Virus record (IMG/VR): IMGVR_UViG_3300037722_000380
Coordinates: 27,379 to 91,378 of that record
Direction: 5' to 3' (one strand)
Length of the DNA: 64,000 bases
DNA from: a virus
The notes below the pieces were generated by a model, which did not search any database, was not told where the DNA came from, and worked only from the letters and a program-made list of their open reading frames with translations. Positions 17,931-26,050 of this stretch are shown here, one piece after another (the stretch's first letter is position 1; every line of letters begins with the position of its first letter). Both the position numbers and the translations under genes were made by a program.

Positions 17931-18006
17931 GCCAAGGTAGCTCAGTTGGTAGAGCATCCGTTTCGTAATCGGAAGGCCGTGGGTTCGACTCCCACCCGAG
18001 GCACCA
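17931..18006 (+). tRNA. tRNA-Thr(CGT)
   Basis: GCCAAGG/CCGAGGC (two mismatches), loop TT CGT AA, CCA. Confidence 0.85.
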
Positions 18007-18011
18007 ATAAC

Positions 18012-18086
18012 GGACTCGTGGCTTGACGGGGAAGCGCCGGACTCTTAATCCGCGATATGTGGGTTCGAATCCCACCGAGTCCTCCA
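18012..18086 (+). tRNA. tRNA-Lys(CTT)
   Basis: GGACTCG/CGAGTCC, loop CT CTT AA, CCA. Confidence 0.92.
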
Positions 18087-18087
18087 T

Positions 18088-18162
18088 TGCAGCGTAGCTC
18101 AAAGGTGGAGCCGACCGCTCATAACGGCCAGGGTGCGGGTTCGAGTCCCGCCGCTGCTACCA
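18088..18162 (+). tRNA. tRNA-Met or Ile2 (CAT)
   Basis: TGCAGCG/CGCTGCT with unpaired 1:72, loop CT CAT AA, CCA. Confidence 0.85.
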
Positions 18163-18167
18163 TAACG

Positions 18168-18250
18168 GGACCGATAGGCTAACGTTAGCTCGGTGCAACA
18201 GCGGGCTTTTAATCCGCCGCCAAGGGGTTCGACTCCTCATCGGTCCTCCA
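18168..18250 (+). tRNA. tRNA-Lys(TTT), extended D arm
   Basis: GGACCGA/TCGGTCC, GCGGG CT TTT AA TCCGC, CCA. Confidence 0.85.
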
Positions 18251-18321
18251 ACTTTCGCGTACCTGAAGTACGAAAAGGTTTGACAATGCGACGCTGGAAG
18301 CGTAAATTTGAGGCCGTGGAC

Positions 18322-18831
18322 ATGAAACTGGATTTTAACTACGAAGAGATTCGTGAGTACATTCGTAACAGCACGCAAGAGAGCGTGGTCATGATCGGTT
18401 GCGATTCTCTTCGGCGCGAAATACATGGTAAAGCATCCGCGTTATACTCAGCGGTGATCTGCGTTCGGCGCGCATCGGGAGAAGGCAGCAAGATTATGTA
18501 CCACGGCAGCAAGGTCTTCGGCGCTTCTGTTCGGCTCCCTGACTACGGCCGGGTTGTGAAGAGTGGAAAGCTTGCGAACTTGAAGACTCGGTTGATGCAA
18601 GAAGTGGCGTTTGCGTTGGAGGCTTTTGAGAACGTGCATGAGGCTATCGGTGATCGTCCATTCGAAATCCACTTGGATATCAATTCAAGTCCGGAATGGG
18701 AGAGCCATGTAGCAGTGCAAGATGCGCGGGGTTTTGTGCTCGGCATTAGCGGTAAGGAACCGGAATTCAAGCCTTACGCTTTGGCCGCAAGCTTCGCTGC
18801 CGATGCGCACGTTCGGGGACTTTTGAAGTAA
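18322..18831 (+). CDS. YkuK/DUF458 RNase H-like protein
   Basis: VMIGCDS..YSAVICV..LMQEV..EIHLDIN..PEFKPYALAASFAAD; GAGG RBS; embedded in tRNA array. Confidence 0.75.
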   Translation: MKLDFNYEEIREYIRNSTQESVVMIGCDSLRREIHGKASALYSAVICVRRASGEGSKIMYHGSKVFGASVRLPDYGRVVKSGKLANLKTRLMQEVAFALEAFENVHEAIGDRPFEIHLDINSSPEWESHVAVQDARGFVLGISGKEPEFKPYALAASFAADAHVRGLLK

Positions 18832-18832
18832 C

Positions 18833-18918
18833 GTCTGTATGGCGGAATGGTAGACGCGCTAGGTTGAGGGCCTAGTTCCCGAAAGGGAGTAGAGGTTCGA
18901 GTCCTCTTATAGACACCA
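18833..18918 (+). tRNA. tRNA-Leu(GAG)
   Basis: GTCTGTA/TATAGAC, CTAGG TT GAG GG CCTAG, long V arm, CCA. Confidence 0.93.
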
Positions 18919-18925
18919 GTTAGAT

Positions 18926-19002
18926 GCGAAGATGACGGGAATTGGCATACCTCGGAGGCTTAAACCCTCTGGTTTGTGGGTTCGACCCCCACTCTTCGCA
19001 CC
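18926..19002 (+). tRNA. tRNA-Leu(TAA), short V arm
   Basis: GCGAAGA/TCTTCGC, GGAGG CT TAA AC CCTCT, CCA. Confidence 0.88.
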
Positions 19003-19003
19003 A

Positions 19004-19080
19004 TGCTCCGATGATGCAATGGTAGACATGCTCGGCTTAGAACCGAGTTCTTGGGGGTTCGAGTCCCTCTCGGAGTACCA
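19004..19080 (+). tRNA. tRNA-Leu(TAG), short V arm
   Basis: GCTCCGA/TCGGAGT, CTCGG CT TAG AA CCGAG, CCA. Confidence 0.9.
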
Positions 19081-19085
19081 ATAGA

Positions 19086-19163
19086 GCAAGGATGACGGGA
19101 ATTGGTATACCTCGGAAGCTCAAACCTTCCGGCCTGTGGGTTCGAATCCCACTCCTTGTACCA
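19086..19163 (+). tRNA. tRNA-Leu(CAA), short V arm
   Basis: GCAAGGA/TCCTTGT, GGAAG CT CAA AC CTTCC, CCA. Confidence 0.9.
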
Positions 19164-19167
19164 ATAC

Positions 19168-19265
19168 GGATGGCTAAGCCGAAAGCTTGCTGGGTAGCGG
19201 CAGCGGTCTTGAAAACCGAGGGCTCCGAAAGGGGTGTGTGGGTTCGAATCCTACGCCATCCGCCA
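19168..19265 (+). tRNA. tRNA-Ser(TGA)
   Basis: GGATGGC/GCCATCC, loop CT TGA AA, long V arm, extended D arm, G73, CCA. Confidence 0.9.
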
Positions 19266-19273
19266 AATTAGAT

Positions 19274-19350
19274 GCTGCCGGTAGCTTAACTGGTAGAGCC
19301 TTTCCCTGGTAAGGAAGGAGATGAGGGTTCGACTCCCTCCCGCAGCACCA
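19274..19350 (+). tRNA. tRNA-Thr(GGT)
   Basis: GCTGC(C)GG/CCGCAGC with bulged C, loop CT GGT AA, CCA. Confidence 0.85.
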
Positions 19351-19351
19351 T

Positions 19352-19426
19352 CGGAAGTTAGCTCAGTGGTAGAGCGGTAGCCTGAAGAGCTACGCGTCGG
19401 GGGTTCGACTCCCTCACTTCCGGCCA
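19352..19426 (+). tRNA. tRNA-Phe(GAA)
   Basis: CGGAAGT/ACTTCCG, GTAGC CT GAA GA GCTAC, CCA. Confidence 0.93.
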
Positions 19427-19431
19427 CTCAT

Positions 19432-19506
19432 AGGCGGTTCGTTCAACGGCCAGGACCACTGACTTTGAATCAGTTAATCGGGGTTCGAATCCCTGACCGC
19501 CTTCCA
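19432..19506 (+). tRNA. tRNA-Gln(TTG)
   Basis: AGGCGGT/ACCGCCT, ACTGA CT TTG AA TCAGT, CCA. Confidence 0.93.
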
Positions 19507-19510
19507 TAAT

Positions 19511-19586
19511 AGCGAGTTAGCTCAGTAGGTAGAGCGTCTGGCTCTGAACCAGAAGGCCGGGGGTTCGAACCCCTCACTCGCCGCCA
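19511..19586 (+). tRNA. tRNA-Gln(CTG)
   Basis: AGCGAGT/ACTCGCC, TCTGG CT CTG AA CCAGA, G73, CCA. Confidence 0.92.
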
Positions 19587-19593
19587 TTTCATT

Positions 19594-19670
19594 CGGCCCG
19601 TAGCTCAAACGGACGAGCACCCGTTTCCTAAACGGAAGGAATGCAGGTTCGAATCCTGTCGGGCTGACCA
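19594..19670 (+). tRNA. tRNA-Arg(CCT)
   Basis: CGGCCCG/CGGGCTG, loop TT CCT AA, CCA. Confidence 0.92.
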
Positions 19671-19671
19671 A

Positions 19672-19747
19672 CGTCTCGTAGCTCAACTGGATGAGCGTCG
19701 CCCTCCGAAGGTGAAGGATGCAGGTTCGAGTCCTGTCGAGACGACCA
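19672..19747 (+). tRNA. tRNA-Arg(CCG)
   Basis: CGTCTCG/CGAGACG, TCGCC CT CCG AA GGTGA, CCA. Confidence 0.95.
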
Positions 19748-19751
19748 ATTT

Positions 19752-19782
19752 CTTGACAATCACGGCAAAGTTATGGTAGGGT
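19752..19782 (+). promoter_or_regulatory. GGCAA-type promoter
   Basis: CTTGACA-atcac-GGCAA-agttatgg-TAGGGT. Confidence 0.6.
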
Positions 19783-19806
19783 GCTCCGTTATCGGGGGAC
19801 TCTGCC

Positions 19807-20145
19807 ATGAAGTTCGAAACTGAGATTATCCGTCTTCCAGACTTCGCTGAACGGCTAGATCAATGGCGTAAAGACGGCTGGCGGATGATCTATGCCGCCC
19901 CTCTCTTCTCAAACCTATCTGAAAATGGTAACTTATTCTGTGTCTTTGAACAGAAGGAGTCGGCTTTGCGTTTGGTCAGGTTTGTGAATGGAAGCGATAT
20001 CGTCTGGATAGACCCGGCCGATGTCGAAGTTGTCGAGAATGCTGCGGGCGGCAAGTCTCGCGTTCACGTTAAGAATGGGAAATCATTTACGGTGGAAGGA
20101 GCGCCGGACGTTGTTGCAGAACAACTGGCCGAAGATATCGGTTAG
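19807..20145 (+). CDS. Hypothetical two-domain protein
   Basis: 112 aa ORF with GGGG RBS, downstream of promoter at 19752. Confidence 0.6.
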   Translation: MKFETEIIRLPDFAERLDQWRKDGWRMIYAAPLFSNLSENGNLFCVFEQKESALRLVRFVNGSDIVWIDPADVEVVENAAGGKSRVHVKNGKSFTVEGAPDVVAEQLAEDIG

Positions 20146-20630
20146 TCGATTTCCGCCCACCGGCCGCGCTCGTCTTTGCCTTCTATGCGCAACAAAGACG
20201 GACTCATGGTTGCGTTTACAGCTTCCTCTATTGCGCATAGCTGGCCTAACCTGCGCATAACCTCTGTCCGATGCCAACGAATGAAGATTATGCTTTCGGC
20301 CATGTGACGGAAGGCGATAGCCTTATTCTGATGCTGACTCCGGGTTTCGTCTGATTGGCCCACGGCTCCGCTCGCGATATGCGTACAGCGGACGGCCGAG
20401 CTTGTCTTGTTCCGCTTCTGGCCTCCGGGACCGGTGCCGCGAGAATAATCGAAGCGACAATCATTAGCCGTGACGCTAAAAAGAAGTTCAGATACCTTCT
20501 TATTCCGCTTCATCAAACTCTTGTCCATAACGCCAGCCGTCGTCCCACTCTGTCCATTCGTTTGAATCCGATGGGTACGGATTGGCTTCCCAGCTATAAC
20601 CGCTGTCATACGCGGCCTGCCCTTCCTCAA
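20142..20630 (-). CDS. RF-1 domain (GGQ) peptidyl-tRNA hydrolase, ArfB/PrfH-like; start uncertain (maybe 20528 or 20513)
   Basis: FDYSRGTGPGGQKRNKTSSAVRCTHIASG..ETRSQHQNKAIAF. Confidence 0.88.
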   Translation of the reverse strand: MRKGRPRMTAVIAGKPIRTHRIQTNGQSGTTAGVMDKSLMKRNKKVSELLFSVTANDCRFDYSRGTGPGGQKRNKTSSAVRCTHIASGAVGQSDETRSQHQNKAIAFRHMAESIIFIRWHRTEVMRRLGQLCAIEEAVNATMSPSLLRIEGKDERGRWAEID

Positions 20631-20636
20631 ACGGGG

Positions 20637-21266
20637 TCATGGTTTCCGCTCCATAATTTTGCAATTGAACGCCACAGAAATCCGGTCTTCTGGTTCTTCA
20701 TTCGGATAGACCCAATGCCGAAGCCAAGACGGGAATGCAATAAGTTGACCGGCTTTGGGGGTCAAGCGATGTTTGACGGCAAACTTGACAGGACCGCCGC
20801 CCACCATGCCGCAACCGTTGCGCGGATCGAGAAATTCTATCTCTCCACTGCGGCTCTTAGGATTGACTTTTTCAGGAACATGAACATAATATGAGCCAGA
20901 CCAGACGTTTCCCGGATGATCGTGCGGTACGTTATAGCCATGCCGTGGATTGATGTTTATCCATCCGTCGAAGCCTAGAACGTACTGGTTCAAGTCAGCC
21001 CCAGCGGCCATACTACGCACTGCTTCAGAGACGCATGAGACGATGAAGGTACGCATCTCTATAATGCCGGGTTCCGCGCGCCGAAATAAATCGGGGTCAG
21101 AATGCCAACCGTTCTGGTTACTGCGCGTTATACCGACTGATGCGTCCTTGATAGCGTAAGCCTCATTAGTGACCGAAAGGTTCATCAAGGAGGGGTCGGG
21201 ATGCGTAAATGTAAAAAGAGGCGTACCGAAAAGTGTCTCGATACGGCCTGTCGGATTCTGCGCCAT
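20637..21266 (-). CDS. 2OG-Fe(II) oxygenase (TIGR02466-like)
   Basis: PHDHPGNVWSGSYYV..EIEFLDPR..FPSWLRHWVYPN..RISVAFN. Confidence 0.85.
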   Translation of the reverse strand: MAQNPTGRIETLFGTPLFTFTHPDPSLMNLSVTNEAYAIKDASVGITRSNQNGWHSDPDLFRRAEPGIIEMRTFIVSCVSEAVRSMAAGADLNQYVLGFDGWININPRHGYNVPHDHPGNVWSGSYYVHVPEKVNPKSRSGEIEFLDPRNGCGMVGGGPVKFAVKHRLTPKAGQLIAFPSWLRHWVYPNEEPEDRISVAFNCKIMERKP

Positions 21267-21421
21267 CAGCGAACTCCTTGTCCCCGGTACTTTTTGAAGT
21301 TCTTCCGCTTATGCTTATTCTTTGGATGCGTGTTCACTGACCGCCCAATAGACGTTTTCCGGTGTGTCGGATTGTTGACGATCTTCTTTCCGCTCTTGGT
21401 AGCGATACCTACCTTAGCCAT
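21266..21421 (-). CDS. 51-aa highly basic microprotein ending KKYRGQGVR (not in ORF track)
   Basis: Hand translation MAKVGIATKSGKKIVNNPTHRKTSIGRSVNTHPKNKHKRKNFKKYRGQGVR; fills the gap, overlapping both neighbours. Confidence 0.7.
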   Translation of the reverse strand: MAKVGIATKSGKKIVNNPTHRKTSIGRSVNTHPKNKHKRKNFKKYRGQGVR

Positions 21422-21881
21422 CGGGGAATTCCTCTTTCAAACGCTTTGCCAGAGCATCGAAGTTGAAACAGACATTTTTAACATAGCCTTTGCCCGAACC
21501 GCGATAGTTGGCGAAAAGGTGCATTACGTCCCACCGGTCTTTGGGCTCACCTTCATAGTAGATGAAGCCCGGTTTCCCCCATCCGAGCATGATGCCGAGT
21601 TCAAGATGGCCTGATTTTCCAGCGGGCATAGCGAGGATCGCGCCATCAGCCCGAACAAGATGATGATGGTCGAATTCAAATATGTGACGAGCGGCATACC
21701 CATCAAGAGCCTGCCGATACGTATTACCCCTGGCTTGTTCATATTCCTTCCACTTGTCATCCGCTTCCGGGCCGGGGGAGAACCAGTCATCGAATACATC
21801 GAATCCAAGCTTCCGAATCCGATTACCGAGTTCCGGAATTCCGGGTGCGCGAAGTGATCCAATGAGGTACAAACTTGTCAT
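21414..21881 (-). CDS. Nucleoside 2-deoxyribosyltransferase-like protein
   Basis: LYLIGSLR..ADGAILAMPAGKSGHLELGIMLGWGKP. Confidence 0.7.
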   Translation of the reverse strand: MTSLYLIGSLRAPGIPELGNRIRKLGFDVFDDWFSPGPEADDKWKEYEQARGNTYRQALDGYAARHIFEFDHHHLVRADGAILAMPAGKSGHLELGIMLGWGKPGFIYYEGEPKDRWDVMHLFANYRGSGKGYVKNVCFNFDALAKRLKEEFPDG

Positions 21882-21893
21882 TTTTGAGAATCC

Positions 21894-22148
21894 TTATTTC
21901 CGATGCGGAGCGCCGTGGACTTCCATACACGCAACGCCTAACGCAGTAACCTTGCGGATTGAATCGAGTGCCAGTGTCTCGTCGCCACTGCGCGATGCGG
22001 TATGGATTGCTTCCGTAAGATATTCTTGCATATAAAGAATCCATGAGGCGACTTCGTGTTTGCGATTTTGGTCTTCACCACCCCAGCGACGCTCTTGGTA
22101 TTCCCGTTCGGTGTCAAGAGCTTCGTAAACTTCTTGCCGTGTTGCCAT
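21894..22148 (-). CDS. All-alpha MazG-like hypothetical protein
   Basis: EREYQERRWG..ILYMQEYLTEA..IRKVTALGVACME. Confidence 0.5.
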   Translation of the reverse strand: MATRQEVYEALDTEREYQERRWGGEDQNRKHEVASWILYMQEYLTEAIHTASRSGDETLALDSIRKVTALGVACMEVHGAPHRK

Positions 22149-22158
22149 GGTACTTATC

Positions 22159-22782
22159 CTATTTGTATTGGTCGCCTTCAACGAAAGCGGGTTTGGCTTC
22201 AGGGATACGTTCGAAAATCTTCTCGACGGCAGTTTGCAGACTGGCGCGAAACTCATCAAGATTTTTGGTCTTCGGCGGGCGGTCATCCACAAACTTATCT
22301 TGAATCATAGCATCGCGAAGAACCACCAAGGATGCGATGGCTTTAGTGATATGCGACAATCCGGAATCAGGGTCGATATCTTCGCCTTCCCACCAGCAAT
22401 CCAGATGACCCTTAGCAGCGTCGATATACACGGAGCCACGTACACCAGCAACACGATAGTTGTGCCGTCCGTACTTACGCGCACCCTCCAACATCGCTAC
22501 GCCGAGTTCCCACAGGACGGTAAACGGGATGGTGCAAAACTGCCGCCATTTCTTGATGCCAACCGCATCCTTCGGGTTTGTGTCTTTCATGCCGAGCGCA
22601 GGAGTTGGTGCCGGTGGAGGGTCGAGAGGTTCGGGAAGATCATGCGAATCAGGATATGGAAAGTCAGGAAGCTCTATCGGACTCCACTGGTCACCGGGGT
22701 TCCAGCGAGGGCCATAGATATCCCACGGGTCATTAATTTTTGCCGCATCCTCAAACGGTTTGTTGACGAAATCCCCCGTCAT
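22159..22782 (-). CDS. dATP/dGTP diphosphohydrolase (DUF5664-like)
   Basis: TNPKDAVGIKK..VAMLEGARKYGRHNYR..GEDIDPDSGLSHITKA. Confidence 0.85.
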   Translation of the reverse strand: MTGDFVNKPFEDAAKINDPWDIYGPRWNPGDQWSPIELPDFPYPDSHDLPEPLDPPPAPTPALGMKDTNPKDAVGIKKWRQFCTIPFTVLWELGVAMLEGARKYGRHNYRVAGVRGSVYIDAAKGHLDCWWEGEDIDPDSGLSHITKAIASLVVLRDAMIQDKFVDDRPPKTKNLDEFRASLQTAVEKIFERIPEAKPAFVEGDQYK

Positions 22783-22785
22783 GGC

Positions 22786-23067
22786 TTACCTCTTCTCTGC
22801 GATATAGTTGAAATGTCCGTTGCTATCTGGAATCCGACGCTGGACAAGATAGACGAACCCGGCCTCATAAGCTTCAAACGCCTCTTGTGCAGCCGGTAGC
22901 CGAACCTCTGGATTCTGCGGGTCTACGGCTGTCCGGCCAACCATATAGGTGAACCGGTCCCCGCTCTTTGCAGTCTTCAGAAAATTGTTGAACTCCGGTG
23001 ATTTCCGCGTAGAGGTTGAGTTCTTCGGTTGCGGCTCCCGCCGTTTATGACCTTGTTTCCGCGCCAT
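22786..23067 (-). CDS. Hypothetical protein
   Basis: ORF coupled to neighbours. Confidence 0.55.
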   Translation of the reverse strand: MARKQGHKRREPQPKNSTSTRKSPEFNNFLKTAKSGDRFTYMVGRTAVDPQNPEVRLPAAQEAFEAYEAGFVYLVQRRIPDSNGHFNYIAEKR

Positions 23068-23068
23068 G

Positions 23069-23551
23069 TTACAATCCTGGTGTGAGAAGAAGCGAGACGA
23101 CCCACGCGGCTTCTTCAAGGGTTTCGACCCGGTATCCTGCTGTCCGTTGCAGGATCAGATGCCGCATGTTAACTTCGTCCGGTTTACCAACCATGATAAC
23201 CGGTTTCTGGAAAGCCCATGCTAGGCCGAATTCCCATGCGGTTCCGAGCGAAGGGCCAGAACTTTCGAGGAAACACGCGACCATGGCATCGCACGTCTTT
23301 ACGTCATTCGCATCGCGTGTCGTGATTCCGGCTGCGCTCGTAAGCGGGCTAACCGGGTAGTCATCTCCGGAAGTTAATACACCGATATCTTTCAACATAT
23401 CCTTACCGCGCATCGGGCTCAGAGTTTTGATATGACCGGGAAGCAAAGCAGTGAGCCGGGTGCGCCAGCCGTAACGAGCCGCGTCATGAGTGAGTCCGGT
23501 AATTGGACCCGCAAGATAGACTGTCTTAGCTGGGTAGATAATACCTGTCAT
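23069..23551 (-). CDS. Nucleoside 2-deoxyribosyltransferase
   Basis: VYLAGPITG..DANDVKTCDAMVA..SLGTAWEFGLAWAFQKPVI. Confidence 0.85.
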   Translation of the reverse strand: MTGIIYPAKTVYLAGPITGLTHDAARYGWRTRLTALLPGHIKTLSPMRGKDMLKDIGVLTSGDDYPVSPLTSAAGITTRDANDVKTCDAMVACFLESSGPSLGTAWEFGLAWAFQKPVIMVGKPDEVNMRHLILQRTAGYRVETLEEAAWVVSLLLTPGL

Positions 23552-23574
23552 CGTTCTGCCCTCCTTGGGGCTAA

Positions 23575-23973
23575 TTAGTTCACAAGATCGGCCGGATATA
23601 CGTCACCGTTTTCGGCAATCTTAGAATTCTCGTAGGGGACCATTTTCATCTCGTAGAAACGGTCGCGCGACGCAATGAGACGAGAGAAAAGTTTATGTAC
23701 TTGTGCTCGGCGAAACCGGTCATTGACCCGGCGTTTCAGTTCGCGACCGGCGCAATCGAGCGCACCGACAATGGCATTGGCGTTTGTATAGTTCATACCG
23801 AGTCGAGTCACGTATGAGTTAGCGATGTTGTCGATTTGTATGCCAAACTCTTGTGTTGTAAGCTTACCCTCTAATGCAGCTATGCAAGCAAGCGTTATAA
23901 CGTAGTTCAACTCGCCGGGGGTCTTTGGACCCTTGGCCGCATCTTCACGATCTTTTTGTTTGATGTACGGCAT
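23575..23973 (-). CDS. Conserved phage hypothetical protein
   Basis: MPYIKQKDR..TPGELNYVIT..GALDCAGREL..PYENSKIAENGDVY. Confidence 0.65.
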   Translation of the reverse strand: MPYIKQKDREDAAKGPKTPGELNYVITLACIAALEGKLTTQEFGIQIDNIANSYVTRLGMNYTNANAIVGALDCAGRELKRRVNDRFRRAQVHKLFSRLIASRDRFYEMKMVPYENSKIAENGDVYPADLVN

Positions 23974-24359
23974 CAGAACATTCCCTGCGGTATGAATAAA
24001 CAGTTAGGGTACTCGTTCGGTTGATTTGGGTTCTGGAAGCAAGCCCAATACCTATTATATCCGTCTCCCGGTAAGTCCATCGGTACTTTATAAATGTTAT
24101 TCACCGCTTTTCCGTTCACAAACCACTTGCCATCCGACATTTGCTCTACCTCGGTTACTTCAAGGATACGACAATCTTCTGGACCGCAACACCACGCATA
24201 TTCTGGACTCTCCATTATCCATTGTGCGTCATCATGAGCAAGAGCGGCAAAAGTGCCTGCTATAAGCAACACAACAGATAGAAGACCCACGCGGATAATA
24301 GCAATTTCTGCGGAAATGTCAATAAGATTCTTAACAATCCGTGAAGATTTTTGGGTCAC
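23973..24359 (-). CDS. Exported Cys-containing hypothetical protein
   Basis: Hydrophobic signal-like segment then WCCGPEDC..YWACF..PNCLFIP. Confidence 0.55.
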   Translation of the reverse strand: MTQKSSRIVKNLIDISAEIAIIRVGLLSVVLLIAGTFAALAHDDAQWIMESPEYAWCCGPEDCRILEVTEVEQMSDGKWFVNGKAVNNIYKVPMDLPGDGYNRYWACFQNPNQPNEYPNCLFIPQGMF

Positions 24360-26050
24360 CCTTCCGCCCTCCACTTTGAATTCCACGCGGTCACGATAGC
24401 GCGCTTGGCATTCTTGTATGTGAGGATAGCCGAGTTAGACCAGCTACCGGGACCACGCGACCAGTCTGGAGTCAACGTGGCACTTGTGGCTGCCGAGTAG
24501 ACACCATCCATAATCGCAGCAATATGGTCATGGCCTTTGTTCATCTTACGGCCCATACGTGTGAAGGCGCGTGTGCTGCCCCGCGATCCGTTCGGCCCGA
24601 GATCGCCATGTGCGCCACATTCAACACCCCCGTTAGCATCCGGACAGAGAATGAAACTCTCGTCTTCTTCAAGAAACCGAATAGATTTGTCGATGTTAGG
24701 GAACCCTGCTAGTTTCATACCTTCAAGAAGATAGTTAGGTTCTCCGCCGGTTTCCCGCATGAACTCATAGGCTCGCTTTTGCATGTCTATCCAGAATTCG
24801 ACATTGGCGGGGTCGTACCGTCCGTCCTGTTCCTTTAGCCAACGTCCGATATGATGGTGATGATTGCTATCCACACATACCGTTTTGCACCACGGCCGAG
24901 TTGCGGCGGTTAAGAAGATTGCGCCACGTTGCAACTCAGCCCGCACGTCCATATGCCCGGACACCTTCCGGCGAAACCGCGTGTACGGGTCTTTTAAGAC
25001 ATGGTGCGATGGCCCCATGAACGTAATTACGTCGTGCATAAATTGATACTTTGGCCGTAGCACGTCAATCATTGACCTGTCGAATGCCATCTCGCCCGGC
25101 CCTACAATACCCCAGGCCAAGCGCGCTATATTTGGGGTCATCTCATCGGTATGGATATCCCCCCAGGTGATGCCCTCAACTCGATTACCCTTTGTAAGAT
25201 GACTGTTATGGACGCGAATATCCAGGTCGTAAATCGTGCCCTCGCTATCGGCGTTTATCTGGCGGCAGAACCAATCGCCGTCTGAATCGACTTCAACAAG
25301 CAGCGCGCCGTAGCAGTGATGAAATTCGGCTTTCAGCCCGGCCTTACGCTGAATATAATTGCGCATCGTGACGGCACCGGTTGTGTACGTAAACTTAGTG
25401 CCTTCGTTACGGCCGCTGGGGATCGACTCCATCGCCAGCTTGACATGCGGGAAGATAGACGATTTGCGACCCGTGTACGATTCGAGACCGGAAAGCGGGC
25501 GAGTAGCCGTTGGAAGAATGTTCATTTCGCCACACCAGACGAGCCCCGGTGCAACTTCGATACGGTCATCGGAGAGATACGGAGTAAGTTCTTTCTCCCA
25601 CACCAACTCCCTGCCGCCGTATAAATCTTCTTTCTTCGTGACTTGTGCTTTATCACCCCGCGCGCCGAGACCGCTCTTGACGTAAGTAAACCGTGAAACG
25701 TGAACCTCTGCATTGTAATGATTGGCAAGCACAAGAAGGTTCTTCCACCACGGCGTGAACAGCTTCGTTTGGTTCTGCGCACAGGTGAAAAGATAACGAT
25801 TGACTGTACCCTTTTCGGGAATCGGAAGCACCCGTGTTGGGCGTGCTTTAACCTGACCTTCGATCACGGGCTCCGGGGTCTTCGATTGTTCCTTGTTCTT
25901 CCGGCCAACGGGCTGCTTACTCATCAATCCCTCACGAACGGCAGTGACATAGAGTTTCCGGGCACCGTGCCACGTCAACCCCTTGTTACGCATGACGGCC
26001 TTTACGCTACCGTGCTTCTGATAGGCAACAACGAATTCTTTTGGTGTCAT
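24356..26050 (-). CDS. T5 A1-like metallophosphoesterase/nuclease
   Basis: WGDIH, MHDV, DSNHHHH, HGDLGPNGSRGS..KMNKGHDH..DGVYSA; start re-set to 26050. Confidence 0.8.
   Translation of the reverse strand: MTPKEFVVAYQKHGSVKAVMRNKGLTWHGARKLYVTAVREGLMSKQPVGRKNKEQSKTPEPVIEGQVKARPTRVLPIPEKGTVNRYLFTCAQNQTKLFTPWWKNLLVLANHYNAEVHVSRFTYVKSGLGARGDKAQVTKKEDLYGGRELVWEKELTPYLSDDRIEVAPGLVWCGEMNILPTATRPLSGLESYTGRKSSIFPHVKLAMESIPSGRNEGTKFTYTTGAVTMRNYIQRKAGLKAEFHHCYGALLVEVDSDGDWFCRQINADSEGTIYDLDIRVHNSHLTKGNRVEGITWGDIHTDEMTPNIARLAWGIVGPGEMAFDRSMIDVLRPKYQFMHDVITFMGPSHHVLKDPYTRFRRKVSGHMDVRAELQRGAIFLTAATRPWCKTVCVDSNHHHHIGRWLKEQDGRYDPANVEFWIDMQKRAYEFMRETGGEPNYLLEGMKLAGFPNIDKSIRFLEEDESFILCPDANGGVECGAHGDLGPNGSRGSTRAFTRMGRKMNKGHDHIAAIMDGVYSAATSATLTPDWSRGPGSWSNSAILTYKNAKRAIVTAWNSKWRAEG

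Noticed and set aside
15729-19089. Many short ORFs on both strands over the tRNA array
   Set aside because: Shadows of tRNA genes; only the LAGLIDADG and YkuK ORFs have motifs and RBSs
22147-22899. Long plus-strand ORFs (e.g. 22147..22899, 20355..20894, 60956..61945) antisense to recognised genes
   Set aside because: Antisense shadows in GC-rich coding DNA; no motifs
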